NCBI GenBank assembly: GCA_002104945.1
Contig: MCFH01000006.1
Location: forward strand, 744,001 to 808,000
Direction of reading: 5' to 3'
Source of the DNA: Piromyces finnis finn
Taxonomy: Eukaryota; Fungi; Neocallimastigomycota
Length of the DNA: 64,000 nucleotides
The notes beneath the pieces are model-generated. The model made no database searches. It was given only the letters and a program-made list of their open reading frames with translations, and was not told the DNA's origin. Within the stretch, counting starts at the first letter, position 1; each line of letters begins with the position of its first letter. The position numbers were made by a program, and so were the translations under genes. Below are positions 11,735 to 24,019 of this stretch, piece by piece.

Positions 11735-12621
11735 ACTTTTTGGGAAAAGTTACCAGACGCATGAGGGGTATTCCTAGGCTGAGTGTAAGATGAATTATAC
11801 CTGTTTTGATACTGATTTGGAGGATTATAAGCAGGATAAGGAGTGTAATATTCAGATTGATGATAAGTGGCATAACCATCACCCATTGGTGCAGGAGGCC
11901 TGTTGTTGAAATAAGGATCTGAGTAACTAGGTCCAGGAGCTTGGACAGGAGCAACCGGTGTTGAAGGATAATTGTAACTGGAATTATTGGAATATCCATA
12001 AGAATAAGGGTTAGGATTGGAGTAATGACTATCCATCGGACGATACTGTGGTGTATAAGCACCATGAGGATTATAACCAGGAGTAAAGCTACTGGAATAA
12101 GAGGCGTATTCTTTCCAGTATTCGTGGTTCTTTGCAGTTTGGCAAGCCTCATCAATAGTTGCGGGCTCGCGAATGGTGAGGGCATGTTGTAATTCTGGAC
12201 GACTACGGATAGCATGCATATAGTCGTACACAGAAACTCTGGGGCGATATTCCGCATCCAAAGAATGGTAAAGGTCCAAAAACCTATTATTGAATTCATC
12301 CACTGTTTCTCCAGGACGAATAACCATAATCTTTAATCGGCGAAAACCATCCTGTTTGTTGTTCCAATAGGCTAACCTATTCCTAATTGATGGCATACAT
12401 TCATCCAAAGAGGGTGGCCTGTTCCACATGCGTTCAAACCTAATTAGTTCATCAACAATTTCTGGGAAATCGATACAACCGACAATGGTATCGAACTTTT
12501 CATTCTCATCAACAATGCCTTCTCTAGAAAACCATGCTTCCATCTGACGTTTCCACACATCTTCGTTGCAATGGGTTTTGTCCAAGATAGGAAGTCTATA
12601 ATACGAAGATCTATTAGCCAT
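11674..12621 (-). CDS. gag: Retrotransposon Gag with C-terminal CCHC zinc knuckle
   Basis: 315-aa ORF with a capsid-like region (RPGETVDEFNNRF), a Tyr/Pro/Asn-rich linker and CYRCHQPGHLQKDC. Confidence 0.95.
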   Translation of the reverse strand: MANRSSYYRLPILDKTHCNEDVWKRQMEAWFSREGIVDENEKFDTIVGCIDFPEIVDELIRFERMWNRPPSLDECMPSIRNRLAYWNNKQDGFRRLKIMVIRPGETVDEFNNRFLDLYHSLDAEYRPRVSVYDYMHAIRSRPELQHALTIREPATIDEACQTAKNHEYWKEYASYSSSFTPGYNPHGAYTPQYRPMDSHYSNPNPYSYGYSNNSSYNYPSTPVAPVQAPGPSYSDPYFNNRPPAPMGDGYATYHQSEYYTPYPAYNPPNQYQNRYNSSYTQPRNTPHASGNFSQKVCYRCHQPGHLQKDCGRLNH

Positions 12622-12669
12622 AGCAAAAATTTACTGAAATTTAAAGGGTTAGGTATTAATGAGTAAACA

Positions 12670-12727
<58 letters not shown>

Positions 12728-13144
12728 ATTTAACTGAAAATAATATAACAAACTAATTATTTAATATATTTTATTTATCAAGTTTAGTTTTCGACCTCCA
12801 CTTCGGGCCCTCACTAATAAATACTTTATTCTAACAGTGGGTTAGAATGGTGATATTTCTTTAATAGCTGCCGGAAGCGCTCTACTCTCCTAATGAATAT
12901 TTAAGAACTGATATGGTAGTTACCAACTCTTAAATAACCTCAATAAATAACTGGAGTAAATATACTAAACTTTAATAATTTATACGCAAGCGTTGTAGCT
13001 GTCTAGTATAAACTACTTAATTATATTATATTATTAAAAGAATAACAACTTTTTATATCCTTTTCTACTTCTAAGTAGTAAAGGAGGAAAATAACAATAA
13101 AACTTGTTTTAAAAATCGAAAAAAAAAAAACACTATTCTTTCTA

Positions 13145-13163
13145 TCCCCGATATCTCCACCAA
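13145..13163 (-). promoter_or_regulatory. Primer-binding site, tRNA-Ala-like
   Basis: The - strand reads TGGTGGAGATATCGGGGAT, 2 nt after the 5' LTR. This is complementary, with about 2 mismatches, to the typical eukaryotic tRNA-Ala 3' end (...AUCCCCGGCAUCUCCACCA). The tRNA assignment is from memory. Confidence 0.7.
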
Positions 13164-13165
13164 GT

Positions 13166-13584
13166 TGATACGGGTTAATTTTATGTAGAAAGAATTAAAC
13201 TTTAATTAATATATATTTTATTAATAATTTTATTTATAACGTTCCAATATTTCTATTCTGTCTAAATACTAAAACGTTCTGTCGTTGTCAAATATTAAAA
13301 TTCTAACTAAAACAAGAAGCCCTTTTTAATAATATTTATTCTAGTCTATTTATACTAATGAGGCTTACTTAATAATTAATTGTCCAATTATAAGGCTGGA
13401 ACTATATGGATCATTCATTTACAATACTCTTTTACATTACAAAATATTACATTTGTCGTACATTTACATTATATTCTTATACATTGTAGAAATAATTAAT
13501 ATTATAATAAATCTATATAAATTTAATATTAGGAAAAATTACTAATATAATAATATGTTCAAGTCACATATTATTTTTATATCA
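13166..13584 (-). repeat. 5' LTR
   Basis: Direct repeat of 6610-7028, immediately followed (in element orientation) by the PBS. Confidence 0.95.
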
Positions 13585-13728
13585 TTATGATCTCCATTAG
13601 TTGTGCCCACCTGGCCTGTCTTACTGTTTCTTTAACATTGACGCTCTTGGCTGTTGCTTCAAACCTTTTGAACATTGACCATTGCTGACCAATAGCAAAA
13701 GGCATGATTTTGGTTAGAAGTTCCGCTG

Positions 13729-15089
13729 TTTTTTTTTTTTTTTTTTTTTTTTTTAACAGCATCAAATATTTTAAACTTTATTATTAATTTAATTAAAATT
13801 ATAATACATGTAATATAAAAAATTAAAAATAAAAACAAAAATAAAAAAAATATGTTTAAATAAACACAAATGAATAAAAATTGGGTATAATGTATTCTAG
13901 TAATTTTAATTAAAGTAAGAAAGCCACTATCATACTAAAGTATAATAATTGTATTTGACTTCCAATGGGACACCGAGCCAAAGATCAAAATTTTATCATG
14001 GAACAAAATTATGATCTCCATTGGTTGCGCTGGCCCTCCTGGCCTGTCTTACTGTTTCTTCAGCATTGACGCTCTTGGATGTTGCTTCAAACCTTTTGAA
14101 CATTGACCATTGCTGGCCAATAGCAAAAGGCATGATTTTGGTTAGAAGTTCCGCGGTTACCGTCAAGAATGGAGTTCCTTCGTTAGTACCAGATTGAATC
14201 TGACGCTTACAAAGTTCTTTCCATTCCCTTGAATTGTAATTAATATTGTTAAAACTTCTTCCCCCAAGAAGGAATTTAAATATTTTACTGCACACACTAG
14301 AATAATCATACACTTTAATATTCACCGGATTATTAGAACTATTACTATCATTAACTAAATTACTATCTAAATTAGAATTATTATCTTCACTATTGCTATC
14401 ATTACTAATATTATTATTTCTATTACTACTATTGTTATTATTACTATTGTTATTATTACTATTATTACTATTGTTATTATTACTATTGTTATTACTACTA
14501 TTGTTACTATTACTATTACTGTTATTGCTATCTCTACTGATATTAACATTTTCATTATTATTGATAGGACTATTGGAATTACGTTGACTGAAAAAATTTA
14601 GTAGCTGGACTATGGAATCATAATGTTTAATACGGATATCTCTAAATGTTGGACAATCTAATAATCAATGTTTAATACTTTGAACACCACACTTGCAACA
14701 TGGACAGTAGTTAGGACAAACTGGATCAACAAATTTAGCAGCTTTGGCAACTCTAGCATCCAACTTGTATCCGCTTCTTGCTTTCAATAGCCAGTAGAAG
14801 CCATAGGCAAACTCTGGGTATTCATAACATAATTTAATAAAATCTTTAGTTTCAATAAATTTATTATCATCATAATATTGCGCTTTGATTGAATTCCCTT
14901 TGAGATCTTTCCAATAAAAGTTTTTAACTGCTTTAACATCTCCATGTTTCTTTAGTTTTTTATCAAGTGCCCTACTTGATTTGCACCACGTGTATTTTCT
15001 AAATTTAGGTATGTAATTGACAAGGTGTGAGATAATACAATTCGAGTTTTTCCATTTGTTAAAACATCTAACCTGAGCTAACGCACATT
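13729..15089 (-). mobile_element. 5'-truncated LINE copy B (~1.36 kb) with poly(A) tail and TSD
   Basis: Poly-T at 13729-13754. TSD AAGTTCCGCTG(TT) at 13718-13728 and 15090-15100. Encodes the ORF2 C-terminus with a CPCCKC...H*LLDCP zinc knuckle (one TGA in place of Trp), an Asn/Ser linker and FLLGG...LTKIMP...DHNFVP*. Confidence 0.9.
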
Positions 15090-15142
15090 AAGTTCCGCTG
15101 TTACCGTCAAGAATGGTATTCCTTCATAAGTGCCCGATCGAA

Positions 15143-15144
<2 letters not shown>

Positions 15145-15181
<37 letters not shown>

Positions 15182-15412
15182 GGCATCAAATATTTTAAAC
15201 TTTATTATTAATTTAATTAAAATTATAATACATGTAATAAAAAATTAAAAAATAAAAATAAAAATAAAAAAAATATGTTTAAATAAACACAAATGAATAA
15301 AATTTGGGTATAATGTATTCTAGTAATTTTAATTAAACAAAAAAATTATTGACCATCCCCTTTAGATGTTTTCGAATTCTTTTACAAACTCAAAAAGCAA
15401 ACTAAAGGGAAA
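15145..15412 (-). mobile_element. Short LINE insertion C (poly(A) plus ~160 bp of 3' UTR plus ~75 bp of unrelated 5' sequence) with TSD
   Basis: Poly-T at 15145-15178. The 3' UTR matches copy B up to ~15337. TSD CCGATCGAATC(T) at 15134-15144 and 15413-15423. Confidence 0.88.
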
Positions 15413-16229
15413 CCGATCGAATCTGACACTTGCAAAGTTCTTTCCATTCCTTGAATTGGAATTGATATCATTAAAACTTCTTCCCCCAAGAAGGAATTTA
15501 AATATTTTATTGCACACTCTACACATTAATATTCACCGGATTATTAGGACAGGACTATTACTATTATTAACTAAATGACTATCTAAATTAGAATTATTTT
15601 CTTTACTATTACTATTATTATCACTAATATCTGCAAATTCCATTTTTGTTGAAACCAAGTAATGGAGAATAACAATAGACTTTACTTAAAATATTTTTAA
15701 ACCAATAAGAACGAAACTGTCAATTCTTTTACAAAATATATTTTATTGTAAACTTCTACTTTATTTAATAAAATTTTACAATTAAAAAAATAAACAAAAT
15801 TTAAATATAAAAGTACATTTTTAAATATTAAAATAGTTCCATTACCGAATTTTTTACCAAAATATTTTTAATAAAATATAGTTATTTTTTAATATATCCA
15901 ATTTTTTAATATGAACTAAAGTTACGATTTTAATTTTTGCTTTAAATTTTTAAAATTAATAATTTACTCCATTCATTCTCCATAACTTGCGTTTTGAATA
16001 AAATCATTCCCTTTAAACAATAAATATTCCCGAAATAACCACTCTTATAAACAATTATATTTTCCAGTTTCTAATGAGAAATTTTAATAATTATAATTTT
16101 CCAACAAAGAAAGAGTATTCCTCAAATTTAATTTTAACAAACTTCAAATTTTAGATATATATTTTCTCTGATATTTTTATTTATAGATTTACAAATAAAA
16201 ATATATACAATGTTTTAGCTGAAATTAAC

Positions 16230-17078
16230 TTAAGCAACAAGGGCAGAGGCAGTGGAAGATTCGCTATTAAAATAGAAATGTGTATTAATATATTTATGTC
16301 CTAATTTTATAAATTCAATTATTAATTATAAATCAAACTTACTATTTCCAGTTTGGTGGAAGTTGACCAGCGGTCTTGTAGTAACGAGCAAGACGGTGGA
16401 TTCTGGATTCGATGAGAATAAGTCTGAACTTAGCTTCGGAATCTTTTCTGTTACGTTCTAAGTGCTTACGAACAGCAACAGCCTTCTTGATAAGGAAGTA
16501 AAGATCTTCTGGAAGTTCTGGAGCAAGACCTATTATTTTAATTTTATAATTATTAAAAAGTTGTTTTTAAGCATTATGTTATTAAATCATGAATTTCAAT
16601 GACATTCATCTTAAACATCATTTTTAAAATATACCCGCATATTCATCATTTTATATTATTTATAGTTATCAATACAACTTAAAATAATAATATGAATAAA
16701 TAATACGTGTTTATAATAAAAATAAAGTCAAAACATCTCCAATTTAAAAAAAAAAACACAAAATACAAATATTTGCAACTATCAACAACTACCACACCAT
16801 TTACAATAAATACTTAAATATAACATTTATGTTAGAAATTTACCATTGGACTTTAAGATACGGAGAATCTTGTTACCAGTAACAGCCTTAACTTGGGCAA
16901 TACCTTGAGAATCTCTGAGGATGACACCAATTTGGGATGGGGTGGAACCCTTCTTAGCGAGCTTGCAGATTTGTTCAACAACTTCTTCAGAGGAGGTCTT
17001 GAGCCATGATGGTGGAGTACGTTTGTATGGGAGGGCAGAGGAGGCAATACCCTTTCCTGGAGCGTGCATACGACCCAT
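16230..17078 (-). CDS. RPS13: 40S ribosomal protein S13 (uS15), 3 exons
   Basis: [20 protein letters not shown]...KSNG | [29 protein letters not shown]...PPNWK | [11 protein letters not shown], with GT-AG introns and codon usage typical of a highly expressed gene. Confidence 0.98.
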
Positions 17079-17573
17079 GGTGAATGTTTTTCTTTACTTT
17101 AAAAATATAAAAAGTCTAAAAAAAAAATGAATTTTTATTGAATAAATCTTACGAAAAATCGCTAATAAGATTCAATTCAGCAAAATTTAGAGAGAGAGTT
17201 TCTAATTCAAATTCAAAAAAAAATTGATATATTACAATCTCATTAATTAAAAATCAATACAAATATTTTTGATTTTGGTTGGTTCTACATATATTACATA
17301 GTATAAATAATATATGATATATTATAATATTAATATATGTGTATATTTTTAAATATGATTGGTTAATTTTCACTTAGCCTATATTATATTGATGTTAGCG
17401 TTTTTTATCTTTTAAAAAATTGTTTTTAAAATATAAATAATTTAAAGAAATATATGTAATAAAATCTGTTGATGGATGAATAAATGAAAGCAGTAATGAA
17501 TTTCTAAATGTTAAATAAAATAATTAAAATTTCTGTATATTAAGGATATTTATATTATTAATATAGTTCTTTT

Positions 17574-17712
<139 letters not shown>

Positions 17713-18220
17713 CTGTGGTTTATTAAAATATTAATAAATGTTAATAAACATTAAAGAAAATTTAAAAAAAAAAAATAAGATATTATTTTTTTAATAATAA
17801 AAATTATAAACAAAGTTTTTAAAATATTCTGGAATTATTATAATAATAAATTAAAATGATTTTTAATTAGATTTTTAGTTAATATTTGAATAAAATAAGT
17901 ATATTTTGAATTTTACCTTCATTAGTTATATATATTATGTAGAAATATTATGGGTATTACAAAAATTTATACAATATTATAATATTTATATAATAATAAA
18001 ATGTTTTTTAAAGTATTTACATAACATTTAAATATAATATTATATAATTATTAAATATATAATATTTATAATTTGTTTTAAAACTTTAAACTTGTAACGT
18101 CTTTTTTAAAATATATATATTCAAATATAATATTCATTGAAATTAAGATAGTGTTTATGACATATATATATATATATATTTTTTTTATTTTTTTTTTATA
18201 TAATCTTGAAAATAATCCTA

Positions 18221-20003
18221 TTACTTAATCATAGATGTAATAATACTGGCACCTATAGATGAGCCATCTTTATTATAAGTTAAAATAACATTTTCTGAAT
18301 ATTGGCCAAGTAATTCATGAATTGCGTCTCTTATTCTGTTAATAAAATGAGGATATTCATATATAAAATTATCTACAGCTATTGTACAACCATCCATTTT
18401 ATTCATTTGCGTTATTAATGCAACAATTCCACTTGCTGTTAGTCTAGCTGAACGAATACTCGCTAATTCCACAATTCTTCTTACAATACTACGATCTTTA
18501 GGTGTTGTAGATGGAATTAATAATAAATCTTGCAAAATTAGTTTTGTATCTGATAATTCAATTGAATAATCCCTATATAAAAATTTTTTAAATTATTAGA
18601 ATTTTTTATAAAAATTTTAAATTTCAAATATGTATATTTATATATATAATTAATGAAATAATGAAATACCTTTCAATACGTGAAAGATATTGTATTTGAA
18701 AACTATTTGGTTTATCAAATAACATACTAGACTTTCCATTAAATAATAATTTCTTCTCAATTAATGAAATACAAGCTAATCTAACAATTTCACCTAAATA
18801 AAATGCTGAAATCATTTTTTCAAATATGTGTTTACCCGGATTACTTGATTTTAAATCTAATATTTCATCAAACTTATTTACAGGTAAAACTAATTTTTCT
18901 TCATCAAAAGATCCCCATTCAGTATTTATAATTAACTTTTCAGATTCAATATGCAGATCTTTCCATTTTTTAACATTATTTATTCTCTCAATATATGCTG
19001 CATTTGTTCCTTCACCTAATACTAACCCAATACAAGATTGGGGATCATTATAAGCACTTGCCATTAAAGTGCCAACTGTATTATTAACTAAAGCTTTGAT
19101 ATTGACATTTATTTTCTATTAAGAAATATGATTATTATTTAAAATTATATGTTTTGATTATAAGTAAATATGTAAATAAAAATAAAAAGTATAATATTGT
19201 ATATTTTATTAATTTATTCAGGTTTTAAAAGGTATATTTTAAATATTTACATTTCTTTTAAATGCATCATTTAGCATTTCCACAACATCTTTCCCTGTTG
19301 TATTTGAACACTTAAATTCTTTTGACCATAGATATAATTCTCCTGATTTTATTCCAGTTTGTCTTACAGGAAAGGAAAATGTAAATCCTAATTCATGTTC
19401 TTCCTCTTTAGATAAACCACAATCTTTTAAAAAGGATTCAACTGAATCAGCCATAAAATCAAATAAGCGTTCACCATCTGCGACTTTTGCTGTTTCTGGA
19501 ATAGAAAATTTCTTTTGTCTAACACGTACTTGTTGTTGTTTCTCTAAATAAACTTCGCAAATTTTAAAATTTGTTCCTTTTTTTATAAAAATGAAAAATG
19601 ATAAATAAATTAATTATAGTTATTCTACTAAATATAATAAAAGCAATATACTTATATTGTAGTTAAATTAATTAATGTATATACCTCCTAAATCTAATAT
19701 TATGTTTTTTCCATATTCCTTTCCTGTTGGTAATTTTGTAACAAAAGAGGGATGCATGGCCAAATTAGCATTATCTTGTTCTAAACCCTTTTTAAATTCC
19801 TGTAAGAAATGTTGAACAATTTGTCGTAATTTGGCCGAACCAATTATAAATTCTTCCTCAAGCTGTTCCAGAATATTACCTTCACAGTTAATTCCTTTTT
19901 TCTCATATTGAATTGAATGTTTTGATAAACGTTTATTACGCTTTTCTCTATTTTTGTTAGATTTAAATACATTAAATATATTTTTCACTACACCCTCCGA
20001 CAT
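18221..20003 (-). CDS. Hexokinase-like protein with non-canonical active site; about 5 exons
   Basis: Motifs DLGG|TNFK, LGFTFSFPVRQT, LVNNTVGTL, GLVLGEGTNAAY, NTEWGSFD, FEKMISAFYLGE, DGSSIGA. The catalytic Asp position is Asn. Confidence 0.92.
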
Positions 20004-20145
20004 TATAAAAATAGCTATTATTATTTTAAGGTATTATAAAATATTATTATATTTATTAATTGATTGATTTATCAATTTGTAGAAACGATTTAGTCTTTAA
20101 TCTTTATATTTGATTATCTTTTAAATATTATTAATTTTATTTACT

Positions 20146-20179
<34 letters not shown>

Positions 20180-22403
20180 ATATATTAATGAATGAATTTA
20201 TTTGTTTTTGTTTTTTTTTTTTATTAGTATTATTATAATGTTAATTATTTTTGTAGTGGATTATTATTAGTATTTAGTTATGTTTTATGTTGAGATTTAA
20301 TAATATATAAATATATATAAAATAAAATTTATTTTTCACTAATATCAATACTATTATTGAACTTTTTTTATTTGGTTCTTTCTGGAATATGGTATTTTAT
20401 AAAATTATCTAATTAATATTTAATATTATTGTTAGCTTATTAATTTAAATATTTTTTTTTATTTAGTTTTATAACTAAATTAAATATTCTATACAAGCTT
20501 TATGAATTTATAATAATAATTTCATAACAATGTATAAAATTTCAATAGAAATTCAATCTATATTAACTTATCAATATGATAATAATGAAATTAAAATAAA
20601 ATTGAATTTTTGTAAATTACATATAAATTACATATAAATATATATTTTAAAATTAAAGAAAAAAAAAAAAAGAGAGAGAGAAGAAAAAGGAAAGAATATA
20701 TATATGAGTATAACTTTGAATTTCTTTAATATTAGTTGTTTTTTTCTTTTATAACTATCGTTGTAATATAATAAAATTAAATGTTAAATATGATAAGCAA
20801 ATAAATAAAGAAAAAAGAAAAATAACTTTTCTTTTAATCTTTTTCATGCCATAAATCAATTATAAATAAAAAAGGTTAAATTAAGTTTAATAATAATATA
20901 ACTATTCTAATAAATAAAAAATATCAATTATTTAATTAAAATTAAACTCTATTGAATAATAAAATTATTTTATTTTAGCTAGTAAAAAAAAAGAACAAAA
21001 CAAAATTTAACATTTATTTGTTATAATAAATGGTGGTTGGTCCTACTTTTTTTATACAATATTAAAATATTCTACTTTAATAAAATAACATACGAAGTAT
21101 AAATAACATATTCTAAAAATCATTTAAAATAAATAGTAGTGGTATCTATATAGTATAAATTTTTATAAAATGGATATACATATTTTTTATATTAAACAAG
21201 CTATGTACAATAGAATAACTTGTAAAAATAAATATATTTATTATATATAATTTAAATATATTTTAAAATATAAATATTTAATCATTGGATTTTTATATTT
21301 ATCTTCTCTTTTATTACAACAAATAAATATAAGAAAAGAAAAATAATATTTTTATATCTAATTTTAAATGTTTATTTGTTCACTTATAATATAATATATC
21401 TCTATAAAAACAATAAAGAAAGAAAATGTATAATATACTAATGAAAAGTATTATGAATAACAATTAAATATTCATTTGCAATTATTAAATTTACAATATG
21501 GTCGGTAAAGAAAACATTTACTTAATCAAAATATATAAACATTCATATTATTCTTAAAATAAATAGTAATAAAGTTTTATCACATTGATTTTAATAAATT
21601 AAAAAAGGATGATATAATAATTAAGCTTATATTGTGTAACATAATAATTTTTTAATATAAAATTTAAATTTATATTTTTATTTGTTATATTTAAATTATG
21701 TAAGATACATAAATACATATCTAAATATTTATTAAGCCACATTAGACAAAAAATTATCTTTCATAAACACTTTATGTTATAAATTAATAACATATATTAA
21801 ATTATATATAAAAGTTAAAATCAATTTAACAAAGAATATAAAAAAAAACACAAATATCACTATCTATAAATAAAAAAAATAAATAAGAAAAAAAAAAAGA
21901 TTAATTTTGTTTAATAAAAAAGTAACATATAAATGACGTGTTTATATTAAAATGAATTGATATTAATATATATAATTAAATAGAGTTAAAAAATAAAGTA
22001 TATGATACATTTTGCTTTTAAAAAAAAAAGAATTTCTCAAATCAATTAATTATATTAATTATTTTACCATATAATTTGAGTTTATATTTTAAAATGTTCA
22101 TTATTTATTATTTCTCCATCATAATATATTAAAATAATCTTTTAATAAATAATATATTTGATTAATATGGTATAACTTTATTTATACAAATAATTGTATA
22201 TAAATTTATTTAAAAGTATTAAACTTTATCATTATTGAGATTTTAAAAACAAGAAAATAATTATTATTTAATTACAAAAGAATTTTGTTGTAATATAAAT
22301 AAAATACATTATTAAGCATTATGTTTTTTATAATAAATAATAAAACAATGAAAAAAAAAGGATTTTATTATTTAATTTAGGTTATTAATTTATTTTTAAA
22401 TTT

Positions 22404-24019
22404 TTATTTCCATTGTAATATATATTTAAGTACATATCTTTTTCTTTCAGACATATCATCATCAGCAATATTATATATAACTTCTTTATCTACTGGTTGA
22501 AAATCATTATCAATAAATTTATAGACTTGTACAAGAAGCCATTTAAATCCCATTAATTCACTTTTTTTAAAAAAACTATCTACTGTTATAAATCCTGTGT
22601 GAATACCACAAAAGAAGTATACTGTTGGTATAAATGTATTGTTGGTTTTATGAGATAAACAATGTGATAAAGTTTCTAATAAGTATTGATGTTGATCAGG
22701 CATCCATAAAGTATCTGAACATAATATTAAATCAAAAGGCTCGAAAATTTTACCTGTTCTGTTTATTTGAATTTTAATATATTATTATAAAGCAATAATA
22801 ATATTATTAAAAAAATAAAACACTATTTTTAACTGTTTATATATTTTATTTAATTAAAAGCTTTTTTATATCTATCCAATTATTCTAACTTTTTATTTTT
22901 ATATACAATTATTTTTCTATCTAAAATATTATGAAGATATCTTAATAATTTTTAGCTTTAGTTTTAAAAGGAATTTAAGTAAAACTAAAAATTATTAATA
23001 TTTTTTTTTTTTTGATATATTAATTAAATCCTTCATTATTTATTTGTTTATTTATTTATTTATTTATTTATTATTTATTTATTTATATTTATATTTATAT
23101 TTATATTTATATTTATATTTATATTTATATTTATATTTATATTTATATTTATATTTATATTTATATTTATATTTATATTTATATTTATATTTATATTTAT
23201 ATTTATATTTACGGTTTTAAATTTTCAATATCTTTTCCCCAAGCATGGCCAACAACAGTTATATTATTAACATGACTCTCTGGTATATTCTTCTCTTTAT
23301 TAAATTCTATATTTTTAATAATTATATCATCGGGATAATCACTCACAACAATCTTTAGAGTTTAAATAAATATTGTTAGTTTATATTAAATTAATAAACT
23401 ATAATATATCCTCTTTTCTACTATTCTTTTTTTTTTAAGTATAACTAATATTAAAACAATGAACTATAATATAACACATTAATTCTTCTTTATATATATA
23501 ACTATGCAACTAATACAACTAATATATATATAATTTACTTATTAACTATTTTTTGCATTTTATTGATATTATAGTCACCTCTTTTGCATTATTTAAGCAT
23601 GATATTATTGAAGGTAAGCCAGCACCCGCACCAAGTTCTAATACTCTTTTCCCTTTAACATCTATAATATTGTTTTCTATTTGTTTTGCTAATAGCAATG
23701 AACTATTCCATATATAATGAGACATTAAATAAACTATTTATAAAATAAAATGAGAAAATATTTTTTATACAAATATATATAAATAAATGAAATTTATAAA
23801 CTATAATATAATAATAAAATTTAAAATACTACCTTCACCACCATTTACATCAGGAAGTTTTAAATAAACAGTATTATTTTTTACTTTAACTTCAGTGTTC
23901 GAAATTTCATATGGAAATAGCTTGCGAGTATCACCATGAGCAAATTTTGTTTCACCAAACAAGCTTCCTAAGGAGTCTTCGAATATATCCATTTCATCTT
24001 CTTCTAAATCCGATAGCAT
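22404..24019 (-). CDS. EFM7: Class I SAM-dependent protein methyltransferase, EFM7/NNT1-like; multi-exon
   Basis: Acidic N-terminus ([11 protein letters not shown]), [45 protein letters not shown] and FFCGIHTG. Confidence 0.8.
23040..23210. repeat. (TTTA)n/(TTTATA)n microsatellite inside an EFM7 intron
   Basis: Directly visible array. Confidence 0.9.

Larger units (their letters stand above)
6610..13584 (-). mobile_element. Full-length Ty3/gypsy LTR retrotransposon (~6.97 kb)
   Basis: 419-bp LTRs at 6610-7028 and 13166-13584 with TGATA...TATCA ends. TTAT is duplicated at 6606-6609 and 13585-13588. The element carries gag plus pol in PR-RT-RH-IN order. Confidence 0.97.
6316..15628 (-). mobile_element. 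5'-truncated LINE copy A, split into four pieces (6316-6609, 13585-13728, 15090-15144, 15413-~15628) by three later insertions
   Basis: Poly(A) tail (poly-T on +) at 6316-6341, followed by the same 3' UTR seen at 13755+ and 15179+. The four pieces join into one sequence colinear with copy B once the insertions and their TSDs are removed. Confidence 0.85.

Noticed and set aside
15600-15660. TSD for LINE copy A matching the flank GACTCTGCGAG at 6305-6315
   Set aside because: No matching sequence at the 5' end of A, and LINE X does not resume there. A's insertion into X is therefore inferred from adjacency only and may have involved a deletion.
16570-16655. Possible box C/D snoRNA in the RPS13 intron (ATGATGA on the - strand)
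   Set aside because: No CTGA box D, no terminal stem and no convincing rRNA complement. It does not resemble U14, which vertebrate RPS13 introns host.
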